This document shows, piece after piece, positions 55,247 to 64,000 of a DNA stretch of 64,000 bases. Both the position numbers and the translations under genes were made by a program. The notes beneath the pieces were generated by a model. It was not told the origin of the DNA. It worked only from the letters and a program-made list of their open reading frames with translations, and ran no database searches. Position 1 is the stretch's first letter, and every line of letters begins with the position of its first letter. Source of the DNA: an uncultured Sphingomonas sp. (GTDB taxonomy: Bacteria; Pseudomonadota; Alphaproteobacteria; Sphingomonadales; Sphingomonadaceae); NCBI RefSeq assembly GCF_964021865.1, contig NZ_CAXIAM010000011.1, positions 1,087 to 65,086 of the forward strand. Direction: 5' to 3'.

Positions 55247-56639
55247 TCGTGTTTCGCCCCGCCTTTTTCGCATCGTAGAGCGCTACATCTGCGCGCTGCA
55301 CGACATCGTCCAGGCTTTCGCCCGCTCGTGCCGAAGCCACCCCGATGCTCAAGCCGATCAGCAGGATCGATTGCGCATCGATATTCAGGGGGGCCGCTTG
55401 GATGTGCTGCCGGATTTGCCCGGCGGTGGCGATGGCGGCGTCGAGATCCGCGCCGGGCACCAGCACCACGAACTCGTCACCGCCCATCCGCCCGATCACT
55501 CCGGCGTCGCCCACGGCGGCGCGAAGTTCTGCCGCCAGATGCTGCAAGGCGCGATCGCCGACCAGATGTCCCCAGCGATCGTTGACGGACTTGAAATGAT
55601 CGAAGTCGATGACGATCAGACCGGCCGCCGAACGTTCGAGTATCGATGTCGCGGCCTCCTCGAAGGCGCGCCGGTTATGGACCCCGGTCAGATGATCATA
55701 GGTTGCACGCAGCGTCATCTCGCGATCGTGCGCATCCAGCCGTGCCGCCAGCCGCGCCCGCGCGGTCACCTCTGCGGCCACTGGCAGACACGTCAGCAAC
55801 AGCAGCGCGAGGAACACTTGCAGCAGATGCGCCTGCTCCGCCGGATCGTCGGTGATCATCGCCACTGGACCATGCCCGTGCATCGTGGCGATACCGCCGA
55901 TGATCGCCACGATCATCACTGCCGCCTTGGTTCCGACATGGCCTACGCGGAAGGTGACCAGCATCAGCGGCGGGAACAGCAAGAACAGGCTCGGCCGCGG
56001 AGCGACGATGAACACCTGATAGCCGACCAGTCCCACGAGCAACAGCAACCCGAAGCCTTCGGCCCGTCTCGACCAGGTCTTGCGCTGCAGGCAGAGCAAC
56101 AGATCGCCCTGAAACGCCGACAGCAGGAATGGCGTAAAAACCAGCAGACCCAGCCCGTCGCTCGCTACCCAACTGACATACGATTTCAGCAACGGCTCGC
56201 CGAAGAAGTAGCAAGCAGTCACGCTGCCGAACACCCCACTGATCGCCGGCGCGATAAGTCCCGCGATAAGGATGAACTGGATGACCGCCGACGTCGTTTG
56301 TAAGACGCCCTCTTCATCGGCGCATCGCCGCAGGAGTGCGACGACAAGCGCGACCTCGATCATGTTGGTCGCCCCGTACAGCATCGGTCCGGCCAGCGTT
56401 CCGCGTGTGATCTGGTTGGCGGCGAGATTGGCCAGGAAACCGGCGGAGAGTACCGGTGTCCACCGCGGCCGCTCGTCGGCCAACAACAGCGCGACCAAGA
56501 TCGCGTTTGCTGGCCAGAATGCCGCAATATCGCGTCCGTTGCTCGTCAGGTGGATCGTCGAGGCGGCAGCGATGAAATACAATCCGCCCGCCGCCAGAAA
56601 CAGCCGGGTGACATCCTTCGCGATCTCTGCTGTCCGCAT
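55230..56639 (-). CDS. MASE1 domain diguanylate cyclase
   Basis: About 8 TM helices in a MASE1-like N-terminus, then GGDEFVVLV. GGAGGG RBS. Confidence 0.88.
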   Translation of the reverse strand: MRTAEIAKDVTRLFLAAGGLYFIAAASTIHLTSNGRDIAAFWPANAILVALLLADERPRWTPVLSAGFLANLAANQITRGTLAGPMLYGATNMIEVALVVALLRRCADEEGVLQTTSAVIQFILIAGLIAPAISGVFGSVTACYFFGEPLLKSYVSWVASDGLGLLVFTPFLLSAFQGDLLLCLQRKTWSRRAEGFGLLLLVGLVGYQVFIVAPRPSLFLLFPPLMLVTFRVGHVGTKAAVMIVAIIGGIATMHGHGPVAMITDDPAEQAHLLQVFLALLLLTCLPVAAEVTARARLAARLDAHDREMTLRATYDHLTGVHNRRAFEEAATSILERSAAGLIVIDFDHFKSVNDRWGHLVGDRALQHLAAELRAAVGDAGVIGRMGGDEFVVLVPGADLDAAIATAGQIRQHIQAAPLNIDAQSILLIGLSIGVASARAGESLDDVVQRADVALYDAKKAGRNTIRVAA

Positions 56640-56829
56640 CGCACCCTCCGGGGTCCAATAGCATCCAGGTTAGTAAATAAATGCTTAATCCCGTGGTTCT
56701 TCAAACGGGTGCACCAGCGGCATAGGTGGGGTGAAGCATCCGGCGGCACCCTCCTCGTCACGCCAGCGTCTCAACCTTCGACATTTGCGGGCTTGCCGCC
56801 ACGACCCACTGCCGCCATCCTCACCCTCG

Positions 56830-57210
56830 ATGCGCCCGCCCCGCCCCCGCTCCACCGCCACCCGCCGCGTCGCGGAGGAAAGCGGCCGGCGCGGCGAGCG
56901 GCTGGCGGCCTGGTGGCTGCGGCTCAAGGGCTGGCAGATTCTCGACCGCCGGGTCCGCACGCCCGCCGGTGAGGTCGATCTCGTCGCCAGACGCGGCGCG
57001 TTGGTCGCCTTCGTCGAGGTCAAGGCACGCCGCAGCCCCGCCGAACTCGATCACGCGATCGACCAGCGCCGCCTCGCGCGCGTCGCCGCCGCCGCGGAGG
57101 TGCTGATGCCGCGCTACGCCGCCGCGGGCGAGGACATCCGCGTCGACGTGATCCTGCTCGCTCCCGGCACGCGCCCGCGGCATATCGAGAATGCGTGGAT
57201 CGGCTACTGA
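56830..57210 (+). CDS. yraN: YraN family (UPF0102) endonuclease-like protein
   Basis: GRRGERLAAWWLRLKGWQILDRRVRTPAGEVDLVARRGALVAFVEVKAR. Confidence 0.85.
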   Translation: MRPPRPRSTATRRVAEESGRRGERLAAWWLRLKGWQILDRRVRTPAGEVDLVARRGALVAFVEVKARRSPAELDHAIDQRRLARVAAAAEVLMPRYAAAGEDIRVDVILLAPGTRPRHIENAWIGY

Positions 57211-57241
57211 CAGCCGCGGCCCCGCGCCCTACATCCGCGCC

Positions 57242-58219
57242 ATGACCCAGCCGCCAACCGTCGCCGTCCAGATGGACCCGCTCGATCAGATCAATATCGC
57301 GGGCGACAGCACCTTCGCGCTGATGCTCTCGGCGCAGGCGCGCGGCCACCGGCTGTTCCACTATACCGCCGATGCGCTCAACTATCGCGACGGGCGCGTC
57401 TGGGCGAAGGCGCATCCGGTGACCGTGCAGCGGCCGGAAAAAGGAGGGGCGGGCGATCACTTCCGCTTCGGCGAGCCGGTCGCGCTCGATCTCGGCGACG
57501 AGGCCGACGTGGTGCTGATGCGACAGGACCCGCCGTTCGACCTCGGCTACATCACCGCCACGCACCTGCTGGAGCGGATTGCGGACCGGACGCTGATCGT
57601 CAACGATCCGGTCAGCGTCCGCAACGCCCCCGAAAAGGTGTTCGTGCTCGATTATGCGCGCTTCATGCCGCCGACGCTGGTGACACGCTCGCTCGACGAG
57701 GCGCGCACGTTCCTCGCCGAACATGGCGAGATCGTCGTCAAGCCGCTCCACGGCAACGGCGGCAAGGCGATCTTCCACGTCCGCGCCGCGGGCGAGAACC
57801 TCTCGGCACTGATCGAGGTGTTCAACCAGACGTGGCGCGAGCCGCACATGGTGCAGGCGTTCCTCCCCGCGGTGGCGAAGGGCGACAAGCGCATCGTGCT
57901 GGTCGACGGCGAAGTCGCGGGCGCGATCAACCGCTTGCCCGGCGAAGGCGAGATCCGTTCGAACCTCGCGGTCGGCGGCTCGGCGCAGAAGACCGAACTG
58001 ACGCCGCGCGAGCGCGAGATCTGCGACGCGCTCGGCCCGGAGCTGAAAAGGCGCGGGCTGATCTTCGTCGGGATCGACGTGATCGGCGGCGAGTGGCTGA
58101 CCGAGATCAACGTCACCTCGCCGACCGGGATCGTCGCGATCGAGACATTCGACGGCACTGATGTCGCCGGGCTGATCTGGAATGCGGTCGATCGCCGGCT
58201 GAAGGAACGCGCGCGCTGA
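57242..58219 (+). CDS. gshB: Glutathione synthetase
   Basis: VAVQMDPLDQINIAGDSTFALMLSAQARGH...MRQDPPFD...KPLHGNGG... ATP-grasp fold. Confidence 0.95.
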   Translation: MTQPPTVAVQMDPLDQINIAGDSTFALMLSAQARGHRLFHYTADALNYRDGRVWAKAHPVTVQRPEKGGAGDHFRFGEPVALDLGDEADVVLMRQDPPFDLGYITATHLLERIADRTLIVNDPVSVRNAPEKVFVLDYARFMPPTLVTRSLDEARTFLAEHGEIVVKPLHGNGGKAIFHVRAAGENLSALIEVFNQTWREPHMVQAFLPAVAKGDKRIVLVDGEVAGAINRLPGEGEIRSNLAVGGSAQKTELTPREREICDALGPELKRRGLIFVGIDVIGGEWLTEINVTSPTGIVAIETFDGTDVAGLIWNAVDRRLKERAR

Positions 58220-58238
58220 CGGAGCCGTTGCCGCGATT

Positions 58239-58838
58239 GTGACTGACTTCATCATCCACTGGATCGTCGCGGGCGGCTATCTCGGCATCTTCCTGCTGAT
58301 GGCGCTGGAGAATGTCGTCCCGCCGATCCCGTCCGAGGTCATCATGGGGCTGGGCGGGATCGCGGTCGCGCGCGGACAGATGGATATCGTGCCCTTGCTA
58401 TTGTGGGGCACCGCCGGGACCACGGCGGGCAACGTCTTCTGGTATGCGATCGGGCGGCGACTCGGCTATGCGCGCTTCCGCCCCTTCGTCGAGCGGCACG
58501 GCCGCTGGCTGACGATGGAGTGGAGCGACGTCGAGCGCGTGCGCGGCTTCCTCCACGATCACGGCGGCTGGGTGATCTTCGTCTTCCGCTTCATGCCGAC
58601 GTTCCGCACGATGATTTCGCTGCCCGCCGGCATGGCGGCGATGCCGATGCCGCGCTTTCTGCTGATGACCTTTGCGGGCAGCATCATCTGGAACGGCGTG
58701 CTGGCGGGCGCGGGCTTCTATCTCGGCAGCCGTTTCGCCGAACTGGATCGTTACGTCGGGCCGTTCGGGATCGCACTGACGGTGCTGGCGCTCGCGTGGT
58801 ACGGCTGGCGCGTCGCGACATGGAAACCGCGCGGCTGA
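58239..58838 (+). CDS. DedA family membrane protein
   Basis: GYLGIFLLMALENVVPPIPSEVIM... GTG start. Confidence 0.9.
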   Translation: MTDFIIHWIVAGGYLGIFLLMALENVVPPIPSEVIMGLGGIAVARGQMDIVPLLLWGTAGTTAGNVFWYAIGRRLGYARFRPFVERHGRWLTMEWSDVERVRGFLHDHGGWVIFVFRFMPTFRTMISLPAGMAAMPMPRFLLMTFAGSIIWNGVLAGAGFYLGSRFAELDRYVGPFGIALTVLALAWYGWRVATWKPRG

Positions 58839-58849
58839 CCCCCCACTCC

Positions 58850-58874
58850 GTCGTTCCCGCGAGGGCGGGAATGA
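58850..58874. repeat. Solo hairpin related to one arm of the 93-bp element (GTCGTTCCCGCGAGGGCGGGAATGA)
   Basis: Same TTCCCGC-loop-GCGGGAA stem as copies B and C. Lies in the 37-nt convergent dedA/xerC junction. Confidence 0.55.
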
Positions 58875-58875
58875 T

Positions 58876-59799
58876 CTACCCCCGCGGATGCGCCGCCCGG
58901 TACACATCCAGCAGATGCGCCGCATCCACCCCGGTATAGACCTGTGTCGAACTCAGGCTCGCATGCCCCAGCAATTCCTGCAGCGCGCGCAGGTCCGCCC
59001 CGCGCCCCAGCAGATGCGTTGCGAAGCTATGCCGCAACGCGTGCGGCGTCGTTCGCTCCGACAGGCCCAGCCGCGCCCGCGCCGCACGCACCCGCGTCCG
59101 CACGATCCCGCCATCCAGCGCCCCGCCGCGCACCCCGCGGAACAGCGGCGCCTCGCGCGACATCGGCCACGGCACCTTCGCCGCATATTCCTCTATCGCG
59201 GCGCGCACCGGCGGCAACACGGGCACGATCCGCGTCCGGTCGCGCTTTCCGGTGACGCGCAACGTCTCGCCCAGCGGCAGCACCGCGCCCGTCAGCGCCA
59301 GCGCCTCGCCGATCCGCAGCCCCGCGCCGTACAGCAGCAGCAGCACCGCCCAGTCGCGCGCCGCCACCCACGGCTCGTCGCTTTCCTCCATCACGTCGGT
59401 GGCCAGCGCCACTGCCTCGTCCGGGGAGATCGGGCGCGGCACGCCTTTCTTCACGCGCGGCCCCTTCATCCGCGGCGCCGCACCGACACCGCCTGCCCAC
59501 TCGAGGAACCCGCGCACCGCCGACAGTTCGCGCGCCGCCGACGCATTCGACAATCCGTTGCCCCGGCGGTGCGCCAGATAGGCGCGCACGTCTCCGGCAG
59601 TGACACGCGACAGCGCGGCACGGTCCAATTTTTCGCCCCAATGCGTTCCCAGGAACGTCAGCAAGCGCTCCGCCGTGGACCGATAGGCGCGCACGGTATG
59701 CTCCGACCGACGCCGGTCGCGCGCCAGATGCACCGACCATTGGACCGGCAGCGGTAGCGGGGCCGACAAATCGCTCACCCCGTCGCATCTCTCGCGCAT
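58876..59799 (-). CDS. xerC: Tyrosine recombinase XerC/XerD family (XerC-like)
   Basis: RSEHTVRAYRSTAERLLTFL...HALRHSFATHLL...LGHASLSSTQVYT. Start at MRERCDG (59797-59799). XerC versus XerD cannot be decided by eye. Confidence 0.85.
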   Translation of the reverse strand: MRERCDGVSDLSAPLPLPVQWSVHLARDRRRSEHTVRAYRSTAERLLTFLGTHWGEKLDRAALSRVTAGDVRAYLAHRRGNGLSNASAARELSAVRGFLEWAGGVGAAPRMKGPRVKKGVPRPISPDEAVALATDVMEESDEPWVAARDWAVLLLLYGAGLRIGEALALTGAVLPLGETLRVTGKRDRTRIVPVLPPVRAAIEEYAAKVPWPMSREAPLFRGVRGGALDGGIVRTRVRAARARLGLSERTTPHALRHSFATHLLGRGADLRALQELLGHASLSSTQVYTGVDAAHLLDVYRAAHPRG

Positions 59800-59840
59800 G
59801 AAAGGAAATGGCAAATCAAAATTAACGTTATCGCCGCTAC

Positions 59841-61295
59841 ATGACCGACATGACGCCTGACCTGCCCTGCTATGATCGCCCTGCCGAAACGGCGCGCGCC
59901 GCGGCGTTACAGGCACTTGCACTGCTCGGCACCGCGCCGGAGCGCGAGTTCGACGCGCTGGTCGCGCTCGCGGCCGAACTGCTCGGCTGCTCGACAGCGC
60001 TGCTGAACCTGGTCGACAACGATCGATTGTTCGTGAAGGCGCGGACGACGCCAGGCGCGATGACCTTCGCGCGCGATACCGCCTTTTGCGACCGCACCGT
60101 CGTCGACGATCGCATGACCGTGATCGACGATACGCTGGATGACGAGCGGTTCCGTCATAGCCCGCTCGTGACCGATGTCGGCGTGCGCTTCTATGCGGGT
60201 GCGCCCTTGCGTGTCGCCGATCCCGACGGCGTACGCCGCGCGGTGGGCACGCTGTGCGTCGTCGATAGCGTCCCGCGCTCCGCCGATCCGCGCGAGCTTG
60301 CCGCACTGGCCCATCTCGCCACGCTTGCCGAGGCGCTGCTGGAGGCGCGTCGCACCGCGCTGAAGGCGATCCATATCGCGACCACGGGAGAGGAACTGGT
60401 CACCCGCCTTGGCCGGCAGGACCGCATCTTTCGGCAGGCCGAGCAGATCGCGGCGATCGGATCGTGGCGGCTGTCTATCGACGAACGGCGGCTCGAATGG
60501 TCGGACAATGTGTACCGCATTCACGGCTTGCCGGTCGGGCATAAGCCGCTGCTCGACGATGCGATGCGCTTCTACCCCGAACACAGCCGCGACATCGTGC
60601 AAACCGCCCTTGCCGATGCAGTGGCGAATGGCACGCCGTTCTCGATCGAGACCGACTTCCTCACAGCCGATGGCCGGGCGCGACGCGTGCGCGCGATGGG
60701 GGATCCCGAAATCGTCGACGGCCGGGTCGTCGCGATGGTCGGCGTGTTCCAGGACGTGACCGAACGCTACGCGCTCGAACAGCAGCTACGCCGCTCCGCC
60801 GACACCGACGCCCTGACGGGAATCGCGAACCGTGCCGCCTTCGATCGGGAGCTGCAGGCGGCGATGACGCGTGCCCGTCACGACCGTACGCCGCTTCATC
60901 TCGCGCTGATCGATCTCGACGGGTTCAAGGCAATCAACGACACGCTGGGGCATGGCGCGGGCGATGACGTGCTGCGGCTGACCGGCAAGGCGCTCAGCGA
61001 GCCCTGGCTGATGGGCAGCGTCGCGGCGCGGATCGGCGGCGACGAATTCGCGGTGATCGTCGAGCATCCGGCCTTGCTGGCCGACATCGCCGGCTTGCAC
61101 GGGCGGCTGGAGGCGGCGCTCCACATCTCGGTCGAGGCGTCCGGCGTGACGATGAACAGCGCCGGCTCGGTCGGGATCGCGCCGTTCGACAACGATTGTC
61201 ATTCGCTCCGCGACTTCGCGCGCCGCGCCGACGCGATCCTCTACTCCGCCAAGCGCGCACGCGTCGGCATGCCCTACGTCCGCCGCGTCGCCTGA
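59841..61295 (+). CDS. GAF-PAS-GGDEF diguanylate cyclase
   Basis: GAF-like N-terminus, PAS (WRLSIDERRLEWSDNVYRIHGL) and GGDEFAVIV. Confidence 0.88.
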   Translation: MTDMTPDLPCYDRPAETARAAALQALALLGTAPEREFDALVALAAELLGCSTALLNLVDNDRLFVKARTTPGAMTFARDTAFCDRTVVDDRMTVIDDTLDDERFRHSPLVTDVGVRFYAGAPLRVADPDGVRRAVGTLCVVDSVPRSADPRELAALAHLATLAEALLEARRTALKAIHIATTGEELVTRLGRQDRIFRQAEQIAAIGSWRLSIDERRLEWSDNVYRIHGLPVGHKPLLDDAMRFYPEHSRDIVQTALADAVANGTPFSIETDFLTADGRARRVRAMGDPEIVDGRVVAMVGVFQDVTERYALEQQLRRSADTDALTGIANRAAFDRELQAAMTRARHDRTPLHLALIDLDGFKAINDTLGHGAGDDVLRLTGKALSEPWLMGSVAARIGGDEFAVIVEHPALLADIAGLHGRLEAALHISVEASGVTMNSAGSVGIAPFDNDCHSLRDFARRADAILYSAKRARVGMPYVRRVA

Positions 61296-61364
61296 GCGGC
61301 GCGGCGCGGACGTAGGCACACGCGCCGCTTCCCTCCGACTCGCGTGCGCCCCATATGGGCGGCA

Positions 61365-63536
61365 ATGTCCTCCCGCGCGCGCGTCATCGTCCTGAACTCC
61401 GCCCTCGGCCCGCTCGATTACCGGGTGCCGCATGGCATGAGCGTGGAGCCGGGATCGGTGGTCGTCGCGCCGCTCGGCCCGCGCCAGTTGCTCGGCGTCG
61501 CCTGGGAGGCGGAACGGATGCCGTCCGATGCCGAGGTCGGCGACAATCGCCTTCGCAACCTGCTCGCGGTCGCCGACGTGCCGCCGCTGCGCGCGCCGCT
61601 GCGGCGACTGATCGAATGGACCGCCGATTATTATCTCGCCCCGCCCGCCGCGGTGGTGCGGATGGCCTTATCCTCGACCGCCGCGCTGGAGGGCGGGCGC
61701 AGCGTCGTCGAATATCGCGCCACCGGCCATGTCCCCGAACGGCTGACCGCGCAGCGTGAACAGGCGCTGGAGCGGATCGGCGACCGGCAAGGGTTGATCC
61801 GCGAACTGGCAACGATCGCCGATGTCAGCGACGCGGTGATCCGCGGGCTGGTCAAGGCCGGCGCGCTCGACGGCGTACCGGTCGACATCGACAGCCCCTA
61901 TCCGGTCCCCGACCCCGATCATGCGCCGCCGACATTGTCCGACGACCAGCGCGCCGCCGCCGCGACGCTGGTCGACGGCGTCACCGCCGCCGCCTTCCGC
62001 CCGACCCTGCTCGACGGCGTCACCGGTTCGGGCAAGACCGAAGTCTATTTCGAGGCGGTCGCTGCCGCGATCCGTTCGGACAGGCAGGTGCTGGTGCTGC
62101 TCCCCGAGATCGCGCTGACCGAGCCATTCCTGAAGCGCTTCCACGACCGTTTCGGCTGCGAGCCGGTCGCGTGGCACAGCGGCTTGCGCGCGACGCAGCG
62201 CCGCCGTGCGTGGCGCGCGATCGCCAGCGGCGCGGCGCGCGTGACGGTCGGCGCGCGCTCGGCGCTGTTCCTCCCTTACGCCAATCTCGGGCTGATCGTC
62301 GTCGACGAGGCGCACGAGACCAGCTTCAAGCAGGAGGACGGCGTCCATTATCACGCGCGCGACGTTGCGGTGATGCGCGGGCTGTTCGAGGCGTGCCCGG
62401 TGATCCTCGCCAGCGCCACCCCGGCGATCGAGACGCGGCATCAGGTCGCGCTCGGCAAATATGCCGAGGTCAAGCTGCCCGGCCGCTTCGGCGTCGCGCA
62501 GATGCCGACGATCGAAGCGATCGACCTGATCGCCGAGCCGCCCGAGCGCGGCCGCTGGATCAGCCCGCGGCTGGTCAAGGCGATGGATGCGGCGCTGGAG
62601 CGGCGCGAACAGTCGCTGCTGTTCCTCAACCGCCGCGGCTATGCCCCGCTCACCTTGTGCCGGACGTGCGGGCATCGCTTCCAATGCCCCAATTGCACCG
62701 CCTGGATGGTCGAGCATCGCCTCACCCGCCGCCTCGCCTGCCACCATTGCGGGCATATCGAGCCGGTGCCGCGACTGTGCCCCGAATGCCAGAACGAGGA
62801 TACGTTGGTCGCATGCGGCCCCGGCGTCGAGCGGATCGCCGACGAGGTCGCGGCGCTGTTCCCGGCGGCGCGCACCGCGATCGTCACCTCCGACACGATC
62901 TGGAGCCCTGCCAAGGCCGCCGAATTCGTCGCGCGGATGGAGGCGGGCGACATCGACATCGTCGTCGGCACGCAATTGGTGACGAAAGGCTATCACTTCC
63001 CCAATCTGACGCTGGTGGGGGTGATCGACGCCGATCTCGGGCTCGACGGCGGCGATCTGCGCGCCGCGGAACGCACCTTCCAGCAGATCCGGCAGGTGTC
63101 GGGGCGCGCCGGGCGCGGCACCAAGCCCGGTCATGTCTATATCCAGACGCACAATCCGAAGGCGCAGGTGATGCAGGCGTTGGTCACCGGCGATGCCGAC
63201 GCCTTCTATGCGGCGGAAACCGAGGCGCGCGAGGATGCTGGCGCGCCGCCGTTCGGCCGCTATGCCGCGATCATCGTATCGAGCGAGGATCAGGGCGCGG
63301 CGCATGACACCGCGCGCGCGATCGGCCGCGCCGCGCCGCGTGTCGACGGCATGGAGGTCTATGGCCCCGCCCCCGCGCCGCTGGCGATGCTGCGCGGGCG
63401 GCACCGTTTCCGGCTGCTCGTCCATGCGCGCCGCGCGCTCGACGTGCAGGACGTGATCCGCGACTGGCTCGGCGGAGTGGAATGGCCGGCGAAAGTGCGC
63501 GTCGCGGTCGACGTCGACCCGTATAGTTTCCTGTAG
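61365..63536 (+). CDS. priA: Primosomal replication protein N' (PriA helicase)
   Basis: Walker A GVTGSGKT, DEAH box VVDEAHE and Cys4 zinc fingers (CPNC...CHHCG...CPEC). The GTG at 61344 is an alternative start. Confidence 0.95.
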   Translation: MSSRARVIVLNSALGPLDYRVPHGMSVEPGSVVVAPLGPRQLLGVAWEAERMPSDAEVGDNRLRNLLAVADVPPLRAPLRRLIEWTADYYLAPPAAVVRMALSSTAALEGGRSVVEYRATGHVPERLTAQREQALERIGDRQGLIRELATIADVSDAVIRGLVKAGALDGVPVDIDSPYPVPDPDHAPPTLSDDQRAAAATLVDGVTAAAFRPTLLDGVTGSGKTEVYFEAVAAAIRSDRQVLVLLPEIALTEPFLKRFHDRFGCEPVAWHSGLRATQRRRAWRAIASGAARVTVGARSALFLPYANLGLIVVDEAHETSFKQEDGVHYHARDVAVMRGLFEACPVILASATPAIETRHQVALGKYAEVKLPGRFGVAQMPTIEAIDLIAEPPERGRWISPRLVKAMDAALERREQSLLFLNRRGYAPLTLCRTCGHRFQCPNCTAWMVEHRLTRRLACHHCGHIEPVPRLCPECQNEDTLVACGPGVERIADEVAALFPAARTAIVTSDTIWSPAKAAEFVARMEAGDIDIVVGTQLVTKGYHFPNLTLVGVIDADLGLDGGDLRAAERTFQQIRQVSGRAGRGTKPGHVYIQTHNPKAQVMQALVTGDADAFYAAETEAREDAGAPPFGRYAAIIVSSEDQGAAHDTARAIGRAAPRVDGMEVYGPAPAPLAMLRGRHRFRLLVHARRALDVQDVIRDWLGGVEWPAKVRVAVDVDPYSFL

Positions 63537-63551
63537 CCCCGCCGCCCCGGA

Positions 63552-64000
63552 CTACCTCCCCACACGCACCCACAAGGCAGTCGCATCGTCGCTCGCCTTG
63601 AACCGCGGATAGCGTGTGCAGGCCGCATCGCTCCGCTCGATCGCGCGCAGCTCGCCGCCCAGCGCCGCCAGCCCGCGCGACCGCAGCGCCGCCATCAGTC
63701 CGGCCGCATCGTAGGCGGCATAGGAATCTACCAGCGCCGCCATGCCGTCGCTCATCAACAGCAGATCGTCACCCGCTGCGATCGCGACCCCCGCCGTCTC
63801 GATCGCCCGTGCGCTCTCGCCCGCATCGACGCTTAGTACCTTTTGCCCAGGTCGCGCCCGCGCGGCGCGGCGGTCCGCAAGCACCGCCGGGGTACGCAGC
63901 TTCGTCGCCCCGACTCCCGGTCCCAGCGCCGCCGCCTGTGCGCTCTCTCGCGCGCGATCGGGCGCGGGCGTGCACCAGGCGACCGTATCGCCGGTCGCGC
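63552..64000 (-). CDS. PP2C-like protein phosphatase, C-terminal part; frame stays open to the window end
   Basis: DDLLLMSDGMAALVD motif. I checked codon by codon that there is no stop between 63885 and 64000 in this frame. Confidence 0.65.
   Translation of the reverse strand, partial: ATGDTVAWCTPAPDRARESAQAAALGPGVGATKLRTPAVLADRRAARARPGQKVLSVDAGESARAIETAGVAIAAGDDLLLMSDGMAALVDSYAAYDAAGLMAALRSRGLAALGGELRAIERSDAACTRYPRFKASDDATALWVRVGR

Noticed and set aside
58876-59799. Tyrosine recombinase as a sign of a prophage or integrative element
   Set aside because: The sequence is XerC/XerD-like throughout, and the flanking genes (dedA, gshB, a GGDEF protein, priA) are housekeeping. I see no att-like direct repeats, tRNA gene or phage genes.
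59800-59840. A+T-rich patch next to xerC as a possible dif site
   Set aside because: No dif-like imperfect palindrome of two 11-bp arms around a 6-bp core could be recognised. It is more likely the divergent promoter region.

Overview
Very G+C-rich chromosomal segment. Gene content and repeat families suggest an alphaproteobacterium, probably Sphingomonadaceae-like (inference, not searched). I support about 62 protein-coding genes. I see no rRNA, tRNA, CRISPR array, transposase or prophage genes. Nearly all long ORFs antisense to these genes look like high-GC artefacts. Main blocks in order: tonB-exbB-exbD-exbD (-); folB/GST; GNAT, then the translationally coupled DUF1285-Nudix-cca trio; GGDEF-EAL; parC; LysR; OpgC plus esterase; purC-purS-purQ; GT4; a glutaredoxin-MauE fusion; regA/regB (-); a DUF4394 PEPxxWA-CTERM protein; a quinol oxidase operon cyoABCD-surf1 (-); MFS; grpE-hrcA (-); rph-rdgB ... 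hemW; a 9-gene sugar-oxidation locus (35.5-44.8 kb); a small acidic-protein operon; a 2OG oxygenase plus mini beta-helix protein; PRT; LpoA-like | rsmI; TonB-dependent receptor | GH84 glycosidase; MASE1-GGDEF; yraN-gshB-dedA; xerC; GAF-PAS-GGDEF; priA; and a partial PP2C-like gene. Most of the window is ordinary core genome. The points most worth a second look are these. (1) The 35.5-44.8 kb locus combines three consecutive Tat-signal proteins, a signal-less GMC flavoprotein, a c-type cytochrome, a cytoplasmic TIM barrel, a Gfo/Idh/MocA enzyme, an MFS transporter and LacI. I read it as a two-compartment glycoside 3-oxidation/elimination route with unknown substrate. (2) Four families of palindromic MITE/REP-like elements sit only at convergent gene junctions, including three exactly 93-bp copies with compensatory stem changes. 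(3) An extremely acidic 112-aa protein lies in a two-gene operon of unknown function. (4) A TBDR-GH84-GGDEF module appears inserted between rsmI and yraN-gshB and carries a DasR/NagR-like palindrome. (5) A promoter-plus-terminator-like leader lies directly in front of purC. All function calls come from motif recognition by eye; no database search was possible.
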